From Eledone cirrhosa (taxonomy: Eukaryota): a stretch of 64,000 nt of DNA. Below the pieces are notes generated by a model that saw nothing but the letters and a program-made list of their open reading frames with translations, made no database searches and was not told the DNA's origin. The DNA lies in assembly GCA_964016885.1 (NCBI GenBank), contig OZ024741.1, positions 120,342,001 through 120,406,000 on the forward strand, read 5' to 3'. The position numbers were made by a program, and so were the translations under genes. This document shows positions 14,475 through 27,935 of the stretch, piece after piece; the first letter of the stretch is position 1, and every line of letters starts with the position of its first letter.

Positions 14475-15100
14475 CAAGTAGGACCCCGACGGCTGAGCTC
14501 AAGCCGTTTCGACGGCTAATTCTGGACTAAATAAAAAATTTTATCCCGGTAAATGAATAGCCGAACTTCTCAGGGGGTCATTCCATATATGGTAAAAGTG
14601 ATTGTCACAAGGATTGGTCAAAAGTTTGTTGTTGCATGTTCCATTGTCCTGTGTCCCCCCACCATTTGGTCTGTTTACCTGTTTTTTCTCTTTCTTCCTC
14701 TATCCTCACTACTTTTCCCTTTTTTTCTTTTTTTTTCGTTTTCTTTCCCTCCTGGCCTTTTTATCGATAAAAGGCCTTGGGCGCGCCGCTGATCACTCTT
14801 TGATATCCTGTATTAAGCGCCGAAACATCTATGATCTCGGTTTACAGCTGATGAAGGATTTATTCTCTTGTTTCGTCCATATTATCATCTTAAACTTTGT
14901 TTACTGTAACAACACAGCTCGTTTCGTTTCTTATAAATTTGTATTTACCGCTGTGACCCCCTCTACCTGTTTTTCTCGAAAAAACACAAACTCTCCATCT
15001 CAATTCTACTTTTGAAAGGCATAAGAACTGTGAAACCGGTAAAGGAACCAAATAAATATTCTTAAAAAGACTCCAGTTACATTTTCGATTTCATTTTTTT

Positions 15101-15155
<55 letters not shown>

Positions 15156-15195
15156 TTCAAAATATTAACAAAATAGATATTCTTGTGATCAAGTA

Positions 15196-15262
15196 TATTT
15201 TATTATACATATTTCAGAGGTACTGAGTTAAGTTCAACAGTACGTCCTCATCAGATAAAATA
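15196..15262 (-). ncRNA. Minimal type I hammerhead ribozyme
   Basis: tattttat-CTGATGA-ggacgtactg...cagtacctct-GAAATA tg TATA-ataaaata, with an 8-bp stem I. Confidence 0.75.
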
Positions 15263-16707
15263 AGATGATACTGACATACCCTGACATAGTAGATGGTTAA
15301 GATTCAGTCATGGTCGTGAGTAATATATGACAAAACTCAATATTTATACCTTAATATTGAGAACATGAGAAAAATATATAATACATACAATAGTGCGTGT
15401 AATACAGCTTAAAAAATACATGGCATCAATATAACAGTTTAAAAAATGTAAACTACTGAAGAAAGAGGAAACAAAGGAAAGCATAGAGGAAGAAACAGCT
15501 GATGGGATAATATAGTTAGTAGGTGCCTCGAAAGACAAATGAGAGAGGATTAAAGAGAGAGAGAAACAAAGGGGAATAATTTATGTTCAAGTTTATAGAT
15601 AATTATCCATATATGCAATATATATCTAAACCTATTTGGTTGACCGTTAATATTAAAAATATTTAATTTAAGTTAGTTCAGAGTAATGAGTAATATTTTA
15701 GGTTTTAAAAGTTAATAGGTATCTGTATTAATATTATATTATACTATCAAGTTTAATTTCTAAAATTCAAATTTTATGAAATCAAATTTAAAGGATTTAC
15801 GAAACACGAGAAAGAAATTATATAATGTTTTTTATAACCTCAAGAAGGTAATCTTTACCAAAATTATTTATAATATTGACAACAGTTTATATAATATAAT
15901 TTATAAAATAATTATAGTTATAATTATTAAAGAATTTATGATTAACAGTTTGAGTGCCTAAAGGATCAACAGGCCTTATAATTAAACTTAAAGAAGTCTG
16001 AATTTTCAAATTATATATATGTGTTAATCAAAAAATACACAAGGATTATAATGTCTAAAGACTTAAGGTGATACCTTTCAAATATATATAACATAATACA
16101 ATAATACAATATAGTAAATAAGTTACTGAAAATATTGTTAAAAAAATATTGTTAAAAATTAATATTTTATATCAATTATTGTAAAATGTTCATTTAGTTG
16201 ATATATACTATAAATATATAAGTCAAAACTACATGAGTCTTAAGGATAAGGGCTAGATACAAAATAAATATAAAAATAAAATATAAAAAGTGAAAAATAA
16301 TGAATTGTTTGCGAAACTTAAAAATGCCCAATATTAAAAATATAGTATAAAATGTAATAGGGTTTTAATATATAGTAGACAAAAGATACTTCTAAAATAT
16401 CCAGCGAATATGATAGAAAGAGGAGCTAAATACTTGAAAAAACCGAAGGTAATCTAAATTTAATTAAAATAAATTAAATGAAATTATATTAAATTAAGTA
16501 ATAATCATTATATTATTTCGAACATCCAGGGAATATCTAACACTTATAACAATAGAGAGTCATTTGAGTATCTAAATTATTTATAAATGCAACTACGAGT
16601 ATGTTATTACACTAGATAAACATATTTGTACAACTATATAGAGAGAGTATTATAGGTATTAATGAAACGATATACATTTAATAAATAAATAATTATAATC
16701 CTTTTTA

Positions 16708-16897
16708 GCGGTGATTTGGCAGTATCGGTAGAGGGTTGGACGCCATGTTTTCTAGCATAGCTACGTCCCTTTAAAGTCTGAGTTCAAATCCCGCCGAGGT
16801 TAACTTTGCCTTTCATCCTTACAGGGTCGATAAAATAAAGTACCAGTAATGTACTGGGTAATTGCTGGCCTTGTGCCTAAAGTAGAAACAATTATTA
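16708..16897 (+). mobile_element. tRNA-derived SINE family 1 (Meta-domain-like)
   Basis: B box GTTCAAATCC, core gcctttcatcctt..ggggtcgataaaataaagtacc and (ATT)n tail; many copies in the window. Confidence 0.85.
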
Positions 16898-18987
16898 GTA
16901 ATGCTATAATTGTAGTTTTACCTCCAGTTCAGTGGAGAGAGAGACCAATATTTGTCGACTAGTATGGTTTGTTATATTTATACCTAGATATATATATATA
17001 TAAAAATATATAAGTGCAAATCAAACTTTCTGAGTCCCCAAAACATACCCAAAATGAGTAAAATATGCAAATGCATGAATGATCTACAGTTCAATTATAA
17101 CCGGTAAATTTACAAGTTAAATATCCAAATTATATATTTAAAACAGAGACAGATAAAGAAAGATCCGAATCTAAATTATAAATATGTAAAATAATCATAA
17201 GGTGTGCATTTTTATCAAGTAAACAAGTTACCAAATAATATGTTTATATACCTAAAGAGGATATTTCATTCTAACATTAATTCTATCATAAATGATTAGA
17301 AAATAAAGCATTATTAAAGTTTTATAAACTGTTATGACTTTTTAGATCCAACAGTTGACAAGAGAGGTCAAAAATTAAAGCTTGTTTGTTTAGTGTTTTT
17401 TCCTGACTTTTTGCGAGGCTTGGAATGTAGACAAAGCTTTATGAAGGCAGTTTGAGAATAATTCACTTTTTTTGTTAATTAAGTTTTCATAATTAGTAAT
17501 TATTAATAGGGTCTCCTTTGTGCATAGGTTGCAGTTAGTTGATATAGACGAGTTCGAGTATATTTTACTATTACAAAGCTTCGTCCAAAAAATCGAGTAT
17601 TTTAAATTTTTGTCTTTTAATGACCATATAAGTTGTGATAAAGAAGTCGAAGACTTCCTATTAAAATTCGAAAATGAGCATTTGTGATTCGCAAATCTCG
17701 ATTTAAATGTCGAAGAAGTTGCCTCTATGTAACTGTGTTGTTATTTGTTTTTACGGTGCATTTATACACCAGATTTCTATCCAGACAATTATTTTGCAGA
17801 GGGCAATCTGGTTTATTTCTACAATTACATTTCAATTTATTATTATTTATATTAACACTATTATCAACAGCATTATGCTGATTTTGGTTTAGAATTTTAC
17901 TATTTAGTTTAGCGATGTTTTGGGCCATATTCATAGTTGTAGAATACGAAAGCTTAATTGTATGTCTATTAAATATGGAACGGTATTTATGTTGACTAGG
18001 GAAGGAATTATCTAAAGCCTTAAAGAATAGATTAGCTAGTGGTGTTCTTACTGCTACAGAAGCAGGGGGGGGGACCATATAACTGATTTAGTTCTGGTTC
18101 TTTTCCCCGATTTACTCACAGTACAGGTGTTTGAATTATAATTATTAGAATTTTTAGAATTTCGTTTATATATGCCATTATTTTTATCAGGATTAAGACT
18201 CGGATTATTATTGTCTATATATTCTATATTATTTTTATAACCTGCCTTTCTTAGCGCATAGTAATATCCTGCTTTTTCATCAAATATTGATTTATTGGCA
18301 GATATTCTAGTTATGCGTTTCTGTACACTATTTACAATTGCATTTTTCACAGATTTAGGGTGATTAGAGTAATAACTAACGTAATTTAAGTTTTCATTGG
18401 GCTTATGGAAAGGGTAATAAAAACCAGAGTTTAAGTTAAGGGTAACATCAAGGAAATTAACTATTTTGGTACCACTTTCTACCTCTAATTTAAGGTCGTA
18501 ATTTTTAAAGAATTCAATTATATTTTTCTTTACCCTATTTAGTTCTGTATTGTTGTGTTTAACAACCGTAAATAAAATATCGTCCCTATATAAACCACCG
18601 GTAATCTCCGGCAGTTTTCTATTTATCATATTATTTAAGATGAAAATCTCCAGAAGATCAGTGACTTGCGCTGAGTCCGATGATCCCATGGTAATGTCGA
18701 AGTTTCTATTTCTATCTGAGCGGGTCCAATACTCATTGTTGAAATTAATTAGAGTTCTTCTAGCAGTTAATATGATATCGATTTCATCCGCAGTTAGATC
18801 TTCATGTTTTTAAGCGTAGGATAAAGCCTTATTTAGTAGGTTAGGCGTAATGGAAGAGTAATAGCTTGTTATGTCTATCTGGATGAATTCATGGTTTTTT
18901 CTTATCATCTATATTTTACCAATCAATCACTTCATTTGCTAATGTTTAACTTTTAAATATATATATATATATATATGTGGGGGGGGT

Positions 18988-19180
<193 letters not shown>

Positions 19181-19239
19181 CTTTGATAGGTTACTACATG
19201 ACCCAGGTCATGTCTAACTTAATAACACCACCTGGCCAA

Positions 19240-21620
19240 GTCTTTCAAATCACGATTTGGACACCATGGCCCACTCAAGTAGAGAGTCATTGTTTACGGA
19301 AACATATCCGGGTGTAGGAGGTTTATCCGGGATTTCTTGAAGGAATTTGTCCAAAGACTTCGTGAACTTTATGGGGTCTGTTTCCGTTTTAATTTGTTTG
19401 TGTGTAATGTTAAAGAGAGCGGGGCCAATTGAGGTGAAATAATTGTACCGTATTGTTGTTATGAGATGCGAGTATGATTTCTGTCGTGGGCGGATAGCAC
19501 GGGGCCCAAGCCATGAGGTGTACCTTAAAGGGAATGCCAGCATCATTTGGGTAATGCTGATGGAATATTTTCAACATCATGCAGATAATGTACCACTCAC
19601 AGCGACATTGCAGAGAATAAAGGTTGAACTTTTCTAGTTGACTCCAATAGTAAAGGCCTGTCATGCCATCTATCTTTTTTTGTAATTGAACTTTGAGGTG
19701 CTTCAACTTCCATGATACTTTGTTTCGTGGGGGAAGACCAGGTGGACAACAGTATTCAAGGTGGGGGTCGGGCTAAAGGAGAGAAGAGGAGGATAACAGT
19801 GTGGATATCTCTCGACTGGAAGGTTCTGAGAATCCAGGAACACATTCTGCGGGCTATGACAACTTTGCTGTTTATATGAGTGGCCCAGCTTATGTTGTTA
19901 TCCACAATTACTCCCAGGTCTCTGATGTTGTTGGATGCCACGAATTTCGCCTGAAGGAATGGAGTATGTGAGTTTCAGGGCATCCTCTTTTCCAAAGTGG
20001 ATTAACTCAAATTTATATTCGTTCAGCAGCATATTGTTCTTTTCCGCCCATTGGATAACAGCCAGTAGATCTGACTGAAGGCAAGTCCGGTCACCCACCT
20101 CATTGATGACCTTCTGGAGCTTGGAATCATTTGCAAAGATTCTTATGTTGCTGTGCTTGATCATGTCAGTAATGTTATTAATGTAGATGATGAAAAGAAG
20201 TGGGCCCAACACAGTGCCTTGCGGGACACCACTGCTGACTTTCGCTTGGCTTGATTTTACTACTTCGACTACAACATGTTAGGCTCTGTCTGTCAAAAAA
20301 CATTTGATCCACTGTAGTAACTTTTCAGAGACACCAATGTTGGATAGTTTTTTCAATAGAATCTTATGATCAACCCTGTCAAAGGCCTTGTTGAAATCAA
20401 CGTAAATGGCATCAGTGTTGGAGCCCTCTCCCAAGGCTCTCAAAATATCATCAAAGTGATGCAGGAGCTGCGTTAGGCAGTCCCTTCCATTACAGAACCA
20501 ATTTTGGTTGGAGTTCAGCAGGCCGTTGCTTTCAAGAAAGTGGGTTATTCGTGATCTCACCACCTTAATGATATGAGAGGTGAGTGTGATCGGCCGGTAG
20601 TTCACTGCAAGGGACTTGTTTCCCTTTTTGAAAACTGTGACAACAGACTGGGACGGAAAGTTTTCAGGAATATAGCCAGCTTCCAGTAAGTTCCTCCACA
20701 GATTAGCAAGAGGAGATGCAAGTTGGTGTTGATACTCCTTCAGGACACAAGTAGGGAACCTATCGGGGCCTACTGCTGAATTGTGTTTAATTTCGTTTAT
20801 TGCCGCTAAGATATTAGGGGCGCCAAACGTTATGTCCGATATAGTGCGTTGGGGATTAACATCACATCTAGCCCAGATCGGCCATATCAGGATTGCTGAA
20901 AACAGAGCAGTATTGTTTCTGCAGTATCTCACCCATAGTTTTGGCATTATCTTGGAATGTGCCATTTTCATCAATTAGAGGGCCAAGAGTGGAGACAGTG
21001 ACCTTGTGTTTTTTCGCAAATGAAAAGAACACTTTAGAATTCAGTTTGATTTTCTCAATGGCCCATTTCTCCTCAGCTGTTCTTTCGTTTTTTATTATGG
21101 TCTTCATACATTGTTGGGGGTTTATATTTTTTTTCTTTTTGAGCAGTGCCATAGCCGTCGAATGTGTGTGTTGCTGTCGGCAGTATTTTAGTATGTTAAC
21201 TTTTTTGTTTGTTCTTTCTATTTTTCTGATAATAGTTTTTCTGTTTAGGGGGGATACTGCACTTTTTGTTCATAGTTCTTGGTGGGATGTGTTTTGCACA
21301 TATATTTGTGACTGTATCTACAAAGATATTTCGATGTTGGTGTGCGTGTGAAAAAAAACAGTCAGCATGTGATAGCTTGTTCATGATTGCGTCCCAGTTG
21401 GCATTATAGAGATCCATGTTATCAAATGGGTGAGCTGGAGAGATGTCACTAGGATTAGCTTTCGGCTGGTGGAATCTCAAGTTACAAAGACCCTTGTCAT
21501 GGTCTGAAAGAAGGGTTTTTTCCACTGTAATATTATATTAGTGTTAGCGTGGTTACTAAATAGTGGGTCCAAAATCTTCTTCTGATACCTTGTTGGTGCA
21601 AGGTCAAGTTGGGACAAGAA
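19240..21620 (-). mobile_element. Degraded CR1/L2-group LINE (RT region)
   Basis: NYRPITLTS, YVDFNKAFDRVDH, SGVPQGTVLGPLLFIIYIN, FANDSK and RDLGVIVD across frameshifted ORFs. Confidence 0.85.
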
Positions 21621-21644
21621 AAATTCGTTCATAAAGTATATATT

Positions 21645-21723
<79 letters not shown>

Positions 21724-21925
21724 TAATAAACACAGTAAATCGTGTGTCTAAAATTACGAGGGTTGAAATACCTCGTTGGTTTGAGAAATTTAACCAGAAG
21801 CAAACGGAAAATACAGAAAATATACAGACTGTCTCAATAACTATAACATCTCACGGACAGATTAGAGATTTAATCTGTTTCGCCCTGAAATTTTAGACAC
21901 ACGATTTACTGTGTTTATTACTATA

Positions 21926-22118
21926 TAATTGTTTCTACTTTTGGCACAAGGCCAGCAATTATCCCAGTGTATTACTGGTACTTTATTTTATCGACCCCGT
22001 AAGGATGAAAGGCAAAGTTAACCTCGGCGGGATATGAACTCAGACCATAAAGGGCTGTAACTCTTTGCTGCAAAGCATGGCGTCCAACCCTCTACCGATA
22101 CTGCCAATCCACCGTCCA
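21926..22118 (-). mobile_element. SINE family 1
   Basis: Reverse-complement homology to 16708-16897; a partial + copy follows at ~22144-22232. Confidence 0.85.
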
Positions 22119-22478
22119 TTATTATTGTTTATTACTCATTATTATTCATCTTTACGGGGTCGATAAAATAAAGTACCAGTAATGTACTGGGTAATTGCTG
22201 GCCCTGTGCCTAAAGTAGAAACAATTATTATTGTTTATTACTATATAATGCTCAGTATTTATACTTTGGGCTTGTTATTTACAGGGTATCAATATGACTT
22301 ATTAACTCTGCCTTTTATTTGTATTTCGGCTCCCTAACTAGGTGAGCTTATAAGTTGGATGTATTAAGGCTATTGTTTCTAGCCTATCCACTCACACCAC
22401 TTTTGACTTCTAGCACACGAGGTGAAATGTTCATTCGTGTGGCTTTTAGCTTTAGGTGTTTGTCACATTTAATCTAAT

Positions 22479-22560
22479 TCTCGCTGATGATGCCCACGGA
22501 TTATCTGTTTCAAACACAATTCTCAGGGCGAAACAGATTAAATCTCTAATCTATCCGGGA
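22479..22560 (+). ncRNA. Type I hammerhead ribozyme
   Basis: tctcg-CTGATGA-t-gccc...gggc-GAAACAGATT aaatctct AATCTATC-cggga. The inverted copy has AATCTGTC, giving a perfect stem III. Confidence 0.75.
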
Positions 22561-22691
22561 GATGTAATAGTTATTGATACGGTCAGTATATTTTCTGTAT
22601 TTTCCGTTTGCTTCTGGTTAAATTTCTCAAACCAACCCTCGTAATTTTAAACACACGATTTACTGTGTTTATTACTACATACATTATTATA

Positions 22692-22870
22692 TAATTGTCT
22701 CTACTTTAGGCACAAGGCCAGCAATTACCCAGTGCATTACTGGTACTTTATTTTATCGACCCCGTAAGGATTAAAGGCAAAGTCAACCTCGGCGGGATTT
22801 GAACTCAGATCGTAAAGGGACGTAACTATGCTGGAAAGCATGGCGTCCGACCCTCTACTGATACTGCCAA
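22692..22870 (-). mobile_element. SINE family 1
   Basis: Reverse-complement homology; flanked by a ttattatataat duplication. Confidence 0.85.
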
Positions 22871-23022
22871 TTATTATATAATGCTCAGTATTTATACTTT
22901 GAGCTTGTTAATTACAGGGTATCAATATTAATTATTAACTCTGCCTTTTATTTGTATATATATATATATAACGAAGGAAGTGTGGTAAGGAACCAGGTGG
23001 ACCACAACGCCCCAGAGTACAC

Positions 23023-23129
23023 AAGAGTCGGGACCCCGACGGCAGAGCTCAGGCCGTTTCGACAGCTATTTCTGGACTAGAAATAGCTGTCGAAACTGCT
23101 TGAGCTCTGCCGTCGTGGTCCTGACTCTT
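23023..23129. repeat. Fold-back palindrome built on an HHR 3-prime half
   Basis: Arms aagagtcgggacc...tttcgacagctatttct / agaaatagctgtcgaaac...gactctt; single-arm copy at ~14481-14529. Confidence 0.75.
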
Positions 23130-23135
23130 TTCCTA

Positions 23136-23198
<63 letters not shown>

Positions 23199-23777
23199 CT
23201 GGATGTTTTACGATATCTGATCCGGTTTTGTGCGTTCTAAGTCCGAATCCCACCTGCTTCTGCCAGATGTTGCGACCAGCAGATAGTATCAGCTATGGAA
23301 AGACCAGTATAAACATAATTTCCTTGATTCGATCTGACAATCAGCTCTTTTCATCTACAACCCGAAAAATATGATATTAAATTGTAATATACATTGTCTT
23401 ACTCAATTTGATCGGTTAATTCTTATAGCAACCTATTGTTTCTTCTATTGCAGATATGACTTCAAAGATTAACATATAAGCGAAGTCAAGTTGCCGCTAA
23501 TCTGTAATCCAGTATTGCTTGCTTGACAAACTACAATTGGAATATATTGAATATTATTTATGTATCCACATTTTAGCAAAATTTTATCTAAAAAGGATAT
23601 TCAAGCCATACTGTTAGCTATAGAATTTAGTTTAGAGTATTTATTACTCGTTGATGCCTAATCAAATTCAAAAACGAAACAGCCAAAGCCATTAACCAGA
23701 TAATACAATTATCAAACATTAGATATCAAAATATATCCTGGATTTCTCCAAGCCTGTAGTCTGACTTAAAACTTCAA

Positions 23778-25709
23778 ATGGAAATATTTTCAAAATATTT
23801 CTTTTTTATATTATTTCTTAACCTTACGTCAATAAATAATACCATTTCAACATTAAATGGTTTTTGTTTTAGAACTTCAAATTGTGAAGCTTGCTCTTGT
23901 CACCAACACTGTCATATATACGATAGATGTTGTTCTGATGAGGTTCAACAGAGAAATTTTGACAACAAACAGTTGGACCCATCGACATATTATAGCTGTG
24001 GCGTTGATGATACGATGAATTATTATATTTTTCATCGCTGTCCACCTAATCACAATGTTATAAATCATGTGACCAACTGTGAACGTCCTAAAACAGATGA
24101 TCAACTACAGAACATACCTGCGTTCGGTAAAACAAGTAAAAGACTCTATAGGAATTTATACTGTGCTCTGTGTCACGGAGAGGAATACATTTTATGGAAT
24201 CTTCACTATAAGTGCAATAAACATGTAGATGTAACTCCTGACAATTTAATGGATATAGTTAATGGTAGTCAATGTGATGAAGTCAAAAAGCTTCCCTCTC
24301 CCAATTTTAAGGATTATCTGATTCCTTGCACTGCTAATGATATTGAATGCTCGCACCATATTGTAAATAAAACATCAGAAAATATCTATACATATTTAAA
24401 CAAAAAAGAGTTCGACATAATTCCCTGTATATTGCCTAATGATTATAAACTTCCAGACGTCTCATGTTTTCAACGTGGTCCAATGAATAGCAAGATACAA
24501 ACGATTCCACTAACTATTATTTTTGATTATAATAAGAAATATTTTCTCATCGAGGAAATCATTGACGATAAAAAATCTGTCAAAAAATTGCCATTTTGTC
24601 CAGAATACACTAAATACGACAAAAACACTATGCAATGTCGGGTAAATTTTTACCATACTCTTTTAAACTGTACTGCAACGAGATTAAATGAAACTGAATA
24701 TCATATCACTAGTGATGGCCTCCTTTACTTAAATAAGACACAACGTCTGTTGAACCAATCAGAATTCAGTCAAGATTCTCAAGGTGTAAGTATCTGTGTA
24801 AAAAATGGTACGAATGTAATATCAAAATATTCCACTGTTGAGAGTTATATCACACTTATAGGACTAATAATCTCTATTCCAGCTCTAGCCATCACTATTA
24901 TAGTATATCTATGTATACCTAAACTCCGTACCTTACCAGGTAAATTACTCATTAGTCTTTTATCAGCACTATTTCTAGCTGAGCTTCTGTTTCTGATCAC
25001 ACCATATGTTACTACACCTACAGCTGTATGTACATCTTTAGCTGTTGTGATTCATTATACCTTTCTATCTGCTTTCTTCTGGATGAATGTCATGTCATTT
25101 GATGCCTGGTACACTTTCTCAGGACTTACACAACTTCGCAGTAGAGGAAAGGGTAGCAAGAGATTTATATTGTATTCTTTATATGCTTGGATTTCTCCAT
25201 TTGTAATAGTTGCAGTGTCACTTATATTTGAATACTTACCAGGAAATCATGGAATATCTCCAGAATATGGCAAGGGTATTTGTTGGATTACAAATGGAAA
25301 AGGTCTTTTGTACCTCTTTGCAATTCCAGTAATGGTTATATTATGTCTTAATATAACTGCATTTATGTTCACCGCAAGAGGGCTATATTTGGCTAGCAAA
25401 CATTCTTCAAAATATTTATCTAAACATAATAAAAATGAATTCTTCATATATATAAAACTAAGCTTTATCATGGGATTAACATGGATATTTGCATTCCTAT
25501 ATACCTTTACAAAAATTGAAGAATTTTCTCTGCTGTTTTGTATTTTAAACTCCTTTTGTGGATTATTCATTTCTTTATCGTTTCTATTCACAAAGATCGT
25601 CTGCCAGAATTTTCTGCAAGCGTTTCTTAAGATTCGAAAACATGTCAACTTGTCAGACGCTTATATCTTTACAGTTTCTGACAAAATTTCGTCAAATACC
25701 CAAACATGA
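23778..25709 (+). CDS. Methuselah-like / adhesion-type class B GPCR, 643 aa, uninterrupted ORF
   Basis: Signal peptide, somatomedin-B-like CSC...C..Y..CC.D, YRNLYCALC motif, and 7TM with LRTLPGK, HYTFLSAFFWMNVMSFD, YGKGICWI, KLSFIMGLTWIF. Confidence 0.92.
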   Translation: MEIFSKYFFFILFLNLTSINNTISTLNGFCFRTSNCEACSCHQHCHIYDRCCSDEVQQRNFDNKQLDPSTYYSCGVDDTMNYYIFHRCPPNHNVINHVTNCERPKTDDQLQNIPAFGKTSKRLYRNLYCALCHGEEYILWNLHYKCNKHVDVTPDNLMDIVNGSQCDEVKKLPSPNFKDYLIPCTANDIECSHHIVNKTSENIYTYLNKKEFDIIPCILPNDYKLPDVSCFQRGPMNSKIQTIPLTIIFDYNKKYFLIEEIIDDKKSVKKLPFCPEYTKYDKNTMQCRVNFYHTLLNCTATRLNETEYHITSDGLLYLNKTQRLLNQSEFSQDSQGVSICVKNGTNVISKYSTVESYITLIGLIISIPALAITIIVYLCIPKLRTLPGKLLISLLSALFLAELLFLITPYVTTPTAVCTSLAVVIHYTFLSAFFWMNVMSFDAWYTFSGLTQLRSRGKGSKRFILYSLYAWISPFVIVAVSLIFEYLPGNHGISPEYGKGICWITNGKGLLYLFAIPVMVILCLNITAFMFTARGLYLASKHSSKYLSKHNKNEFFIYIKLSFIMGLTWIFAFLYTFTKIEEFSLLFCILNSFCGLFISLSFLFTKIVCQNFLQAFLKIRKHVNLSDAYIFTVSDKISSNTQT

Positions 25710-26792
25710 AACTTCATTCAAATAACTGAAATTTCACACGAAAACAAACTAAAAACGTATGTAGTCTAAAATACTGCTAAATTCTATAAACTATTTTATA
25801 AAAAGTTAATGCAATCCCTGACAGCCTGCATTATATATTAGATTAATTTGTATTGATACTAATAAGAAAAAACGGAAAGATTTATAGTAAAGAAATTGTA
25901 TGTTGTGGTATATTTCAAGGAGATTTATACTATACAGTTATCTCCCCTTTTCATTTTCTACAGTAATCTACTAATTTTCAACAATTTTTAAACCCATTTC
26001 AATGATCTGATTTTTTCTTGAGAACCAATAAATGCTTCAATCATGTACTTTTTGTCAATCACTGGCATCGTAGACCACTGTCAGAAAACTGTCGCCCACC
26101 AAGTGGATAAATCAGCCAACCTTCGCATGTAGTAGCGCTACCCATGCTGCTTTTTTATTGTCCTCTTATCTCCTACTATAAAAAACAGAGGTTGCTGGGT
26201 ATATTCTACATTCATTCGATCTCACTAAATGTTTTGTTCGCTACTTTCAGCGTCTATACTACCCTGTTGATTATTTTTGTTGCACCTACACTCCGAACGT
26301 TACATGTGATACTTTGTTGTGATTACTACTGCCCTCAATGATCGTCCATCAAATTAACATCTACGACTTCTATCTACAAGTTACCAAAAATTAATTCCAT
26401 ACATTCATACAATCTATCTGTTCTGTCTAGAACTTACATCTTCAAGCAATAAACAATACCTTTTTCACTTTGGACACACACATTCAAGAAAACTGACTGC
26501 CATACATGTTGCCGTACCACTAAAATTTCTTGTATTATAGATCATGATTGACGTCACATTTCCTTATATAACAAACAAGACCGTGAAACAATTTAATAAT
26601 AAATACACAAATATTATTTACAATTCGTGAATACCTACATAACACGACATAAATCTTTCTATGACTTGCGATATTGTTTTCATAGATTACACATATCACT
26701 CATATTACATGATTTCGTACATTACGTGGTTGATTATTGTAAATGGTTGGTTATATTATGGAGTCGTTACCTTATATAACAAACTATAGTTT

Positions 26793-27185
26793 ATGGCTGA
26801 TGGCATATGTTTTGTTATATGTTGTTATATGATTACATAACGCTGTACATTTCATGGATGCAGACATTACATGATTGCATACATTACATGATATGTTATA
26901 TTACCTAGCTGCCTACACTGTATAATTGCCTACATTACATGAAATGTCACATTACATGAAATGGCTGATGGCATATGTTTTGTTATATGTTGTTATATGA
27001 TTACATAACGCTGTACATTTCATGGATGCAGACATTACATGATTGCATACATTACATGATATGTTATATTACCTAGCTGCCTACACTGTATAATTGCCTA
27101 CATTACATGAAATGTCACATTACATGAAATGTCACATTACATGAAATGTCACATTACATGAAATGTCACATTACATGAAATATCA
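26793..27185. repeat. Perfect 168-bp tandem duplication inside a degenerate 17-bp minisatellite
   Basis: 26793-26960 equals 26961-27128, followed by acattacatgaaatgtc units. Confidence 0.9.
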
Positions 27186-27636
27186 TGAAAATATCATGAA
27201 ATACAAGGTAAACATGTGAACTATTGTTTTGTTTTTCTTAGTCTACTTTAGTTTCACTCTTTTTCTAATTTACATTGTATTGGCTTACCTCTGTCATAAC
27301 CACATATTTCCCAATGCCTCATCTGAACTATACTACAATACTAAATCCCCTATATCCCTATATTAAGATCCTCTAGAGTGCCAGCTTTCACAAAACAATC
27401 ATAACCACATATCTAACAATACCCATACTGCTTTGTTCAAACAATTTTAATGTTATTTGTTCAATTATTTGAAACAATAAAAGAATAACTTTAAATATTT
27501 TACTGTTTCCTCCATGTATATTTGCAATTTCTTTTTTATTTTAACGAATGTCACAAACAAGATGTGGAGAGGGGATCGTTGTAATCGATTGACTGATACT
27601 CTATATATGACTGGTGCCTATTATATACCATGAAAT

Positions 27637-27935
27637 CGCGAGGCTTGGTTGTTAGAGTGCTCAGTTCGTGTAAGTTCGTTTCCTGACGACACGTTGTGTC
27701 CTTGAACAAGTCATTTTATTTCACGTTGCTCCAGTACACTCAGCCGGCAAAAATTAGTTTGTACCTGCAATTCAAAGGAACAACCTTGTCAAACATTGTG
27801 TCACGCTGTATCTCCCCGAGAACTACGTTAAAGGTGCATGTGCCTATGGAAAGCTCGGCCACTTACATAATAAATTCACGAGCAGACAATTTCGTTGTTT
27901 GAACAACTGGAACACATGTCATCGGAAACGACGGC
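27637..27935 (+). mobile_element. tRNA-derived SINE family 2 (V/CORE-like central domain)
   Basis: gttgtgtccttgaacaag...ttcacgttgctccagtacactcagc; related copies at ~33100-33381 (-), ~45360-45565 (+, partial) and ~55515-55850 (+). Confidence 0.7.

Larger units (their letters stand above)
15150..18930 (-). mobile_element. Penelope-like element, 5-prime truncated, with long AT-rich 3-prime region
   Basis: RT motifs FDITMGSSDSAQ and GGLYRDD (18054-18689); CNCR..CPL..CL and GIY-YIG remnants (17400-18080); terminal HHR at 15196-15262. Confidence 0.85.
21720..22956 (+). mobile_element. HHR-bearing ~460-nt monomer repeat in partial tandem with an inverted 5-prime segment, interrupted by SINEs
   Basis: 22236-22324 repeats at 22876-22956; 21890-21926 repeats at ~22643-22678; 21720-21887 is the inverted copy of ~22523-22678. 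Confidence 0.7.

Noticed and set aside
16708-16800. tRNA gene
   Set aside because: B box present but it continues into the SINE body; no cloverleaf.
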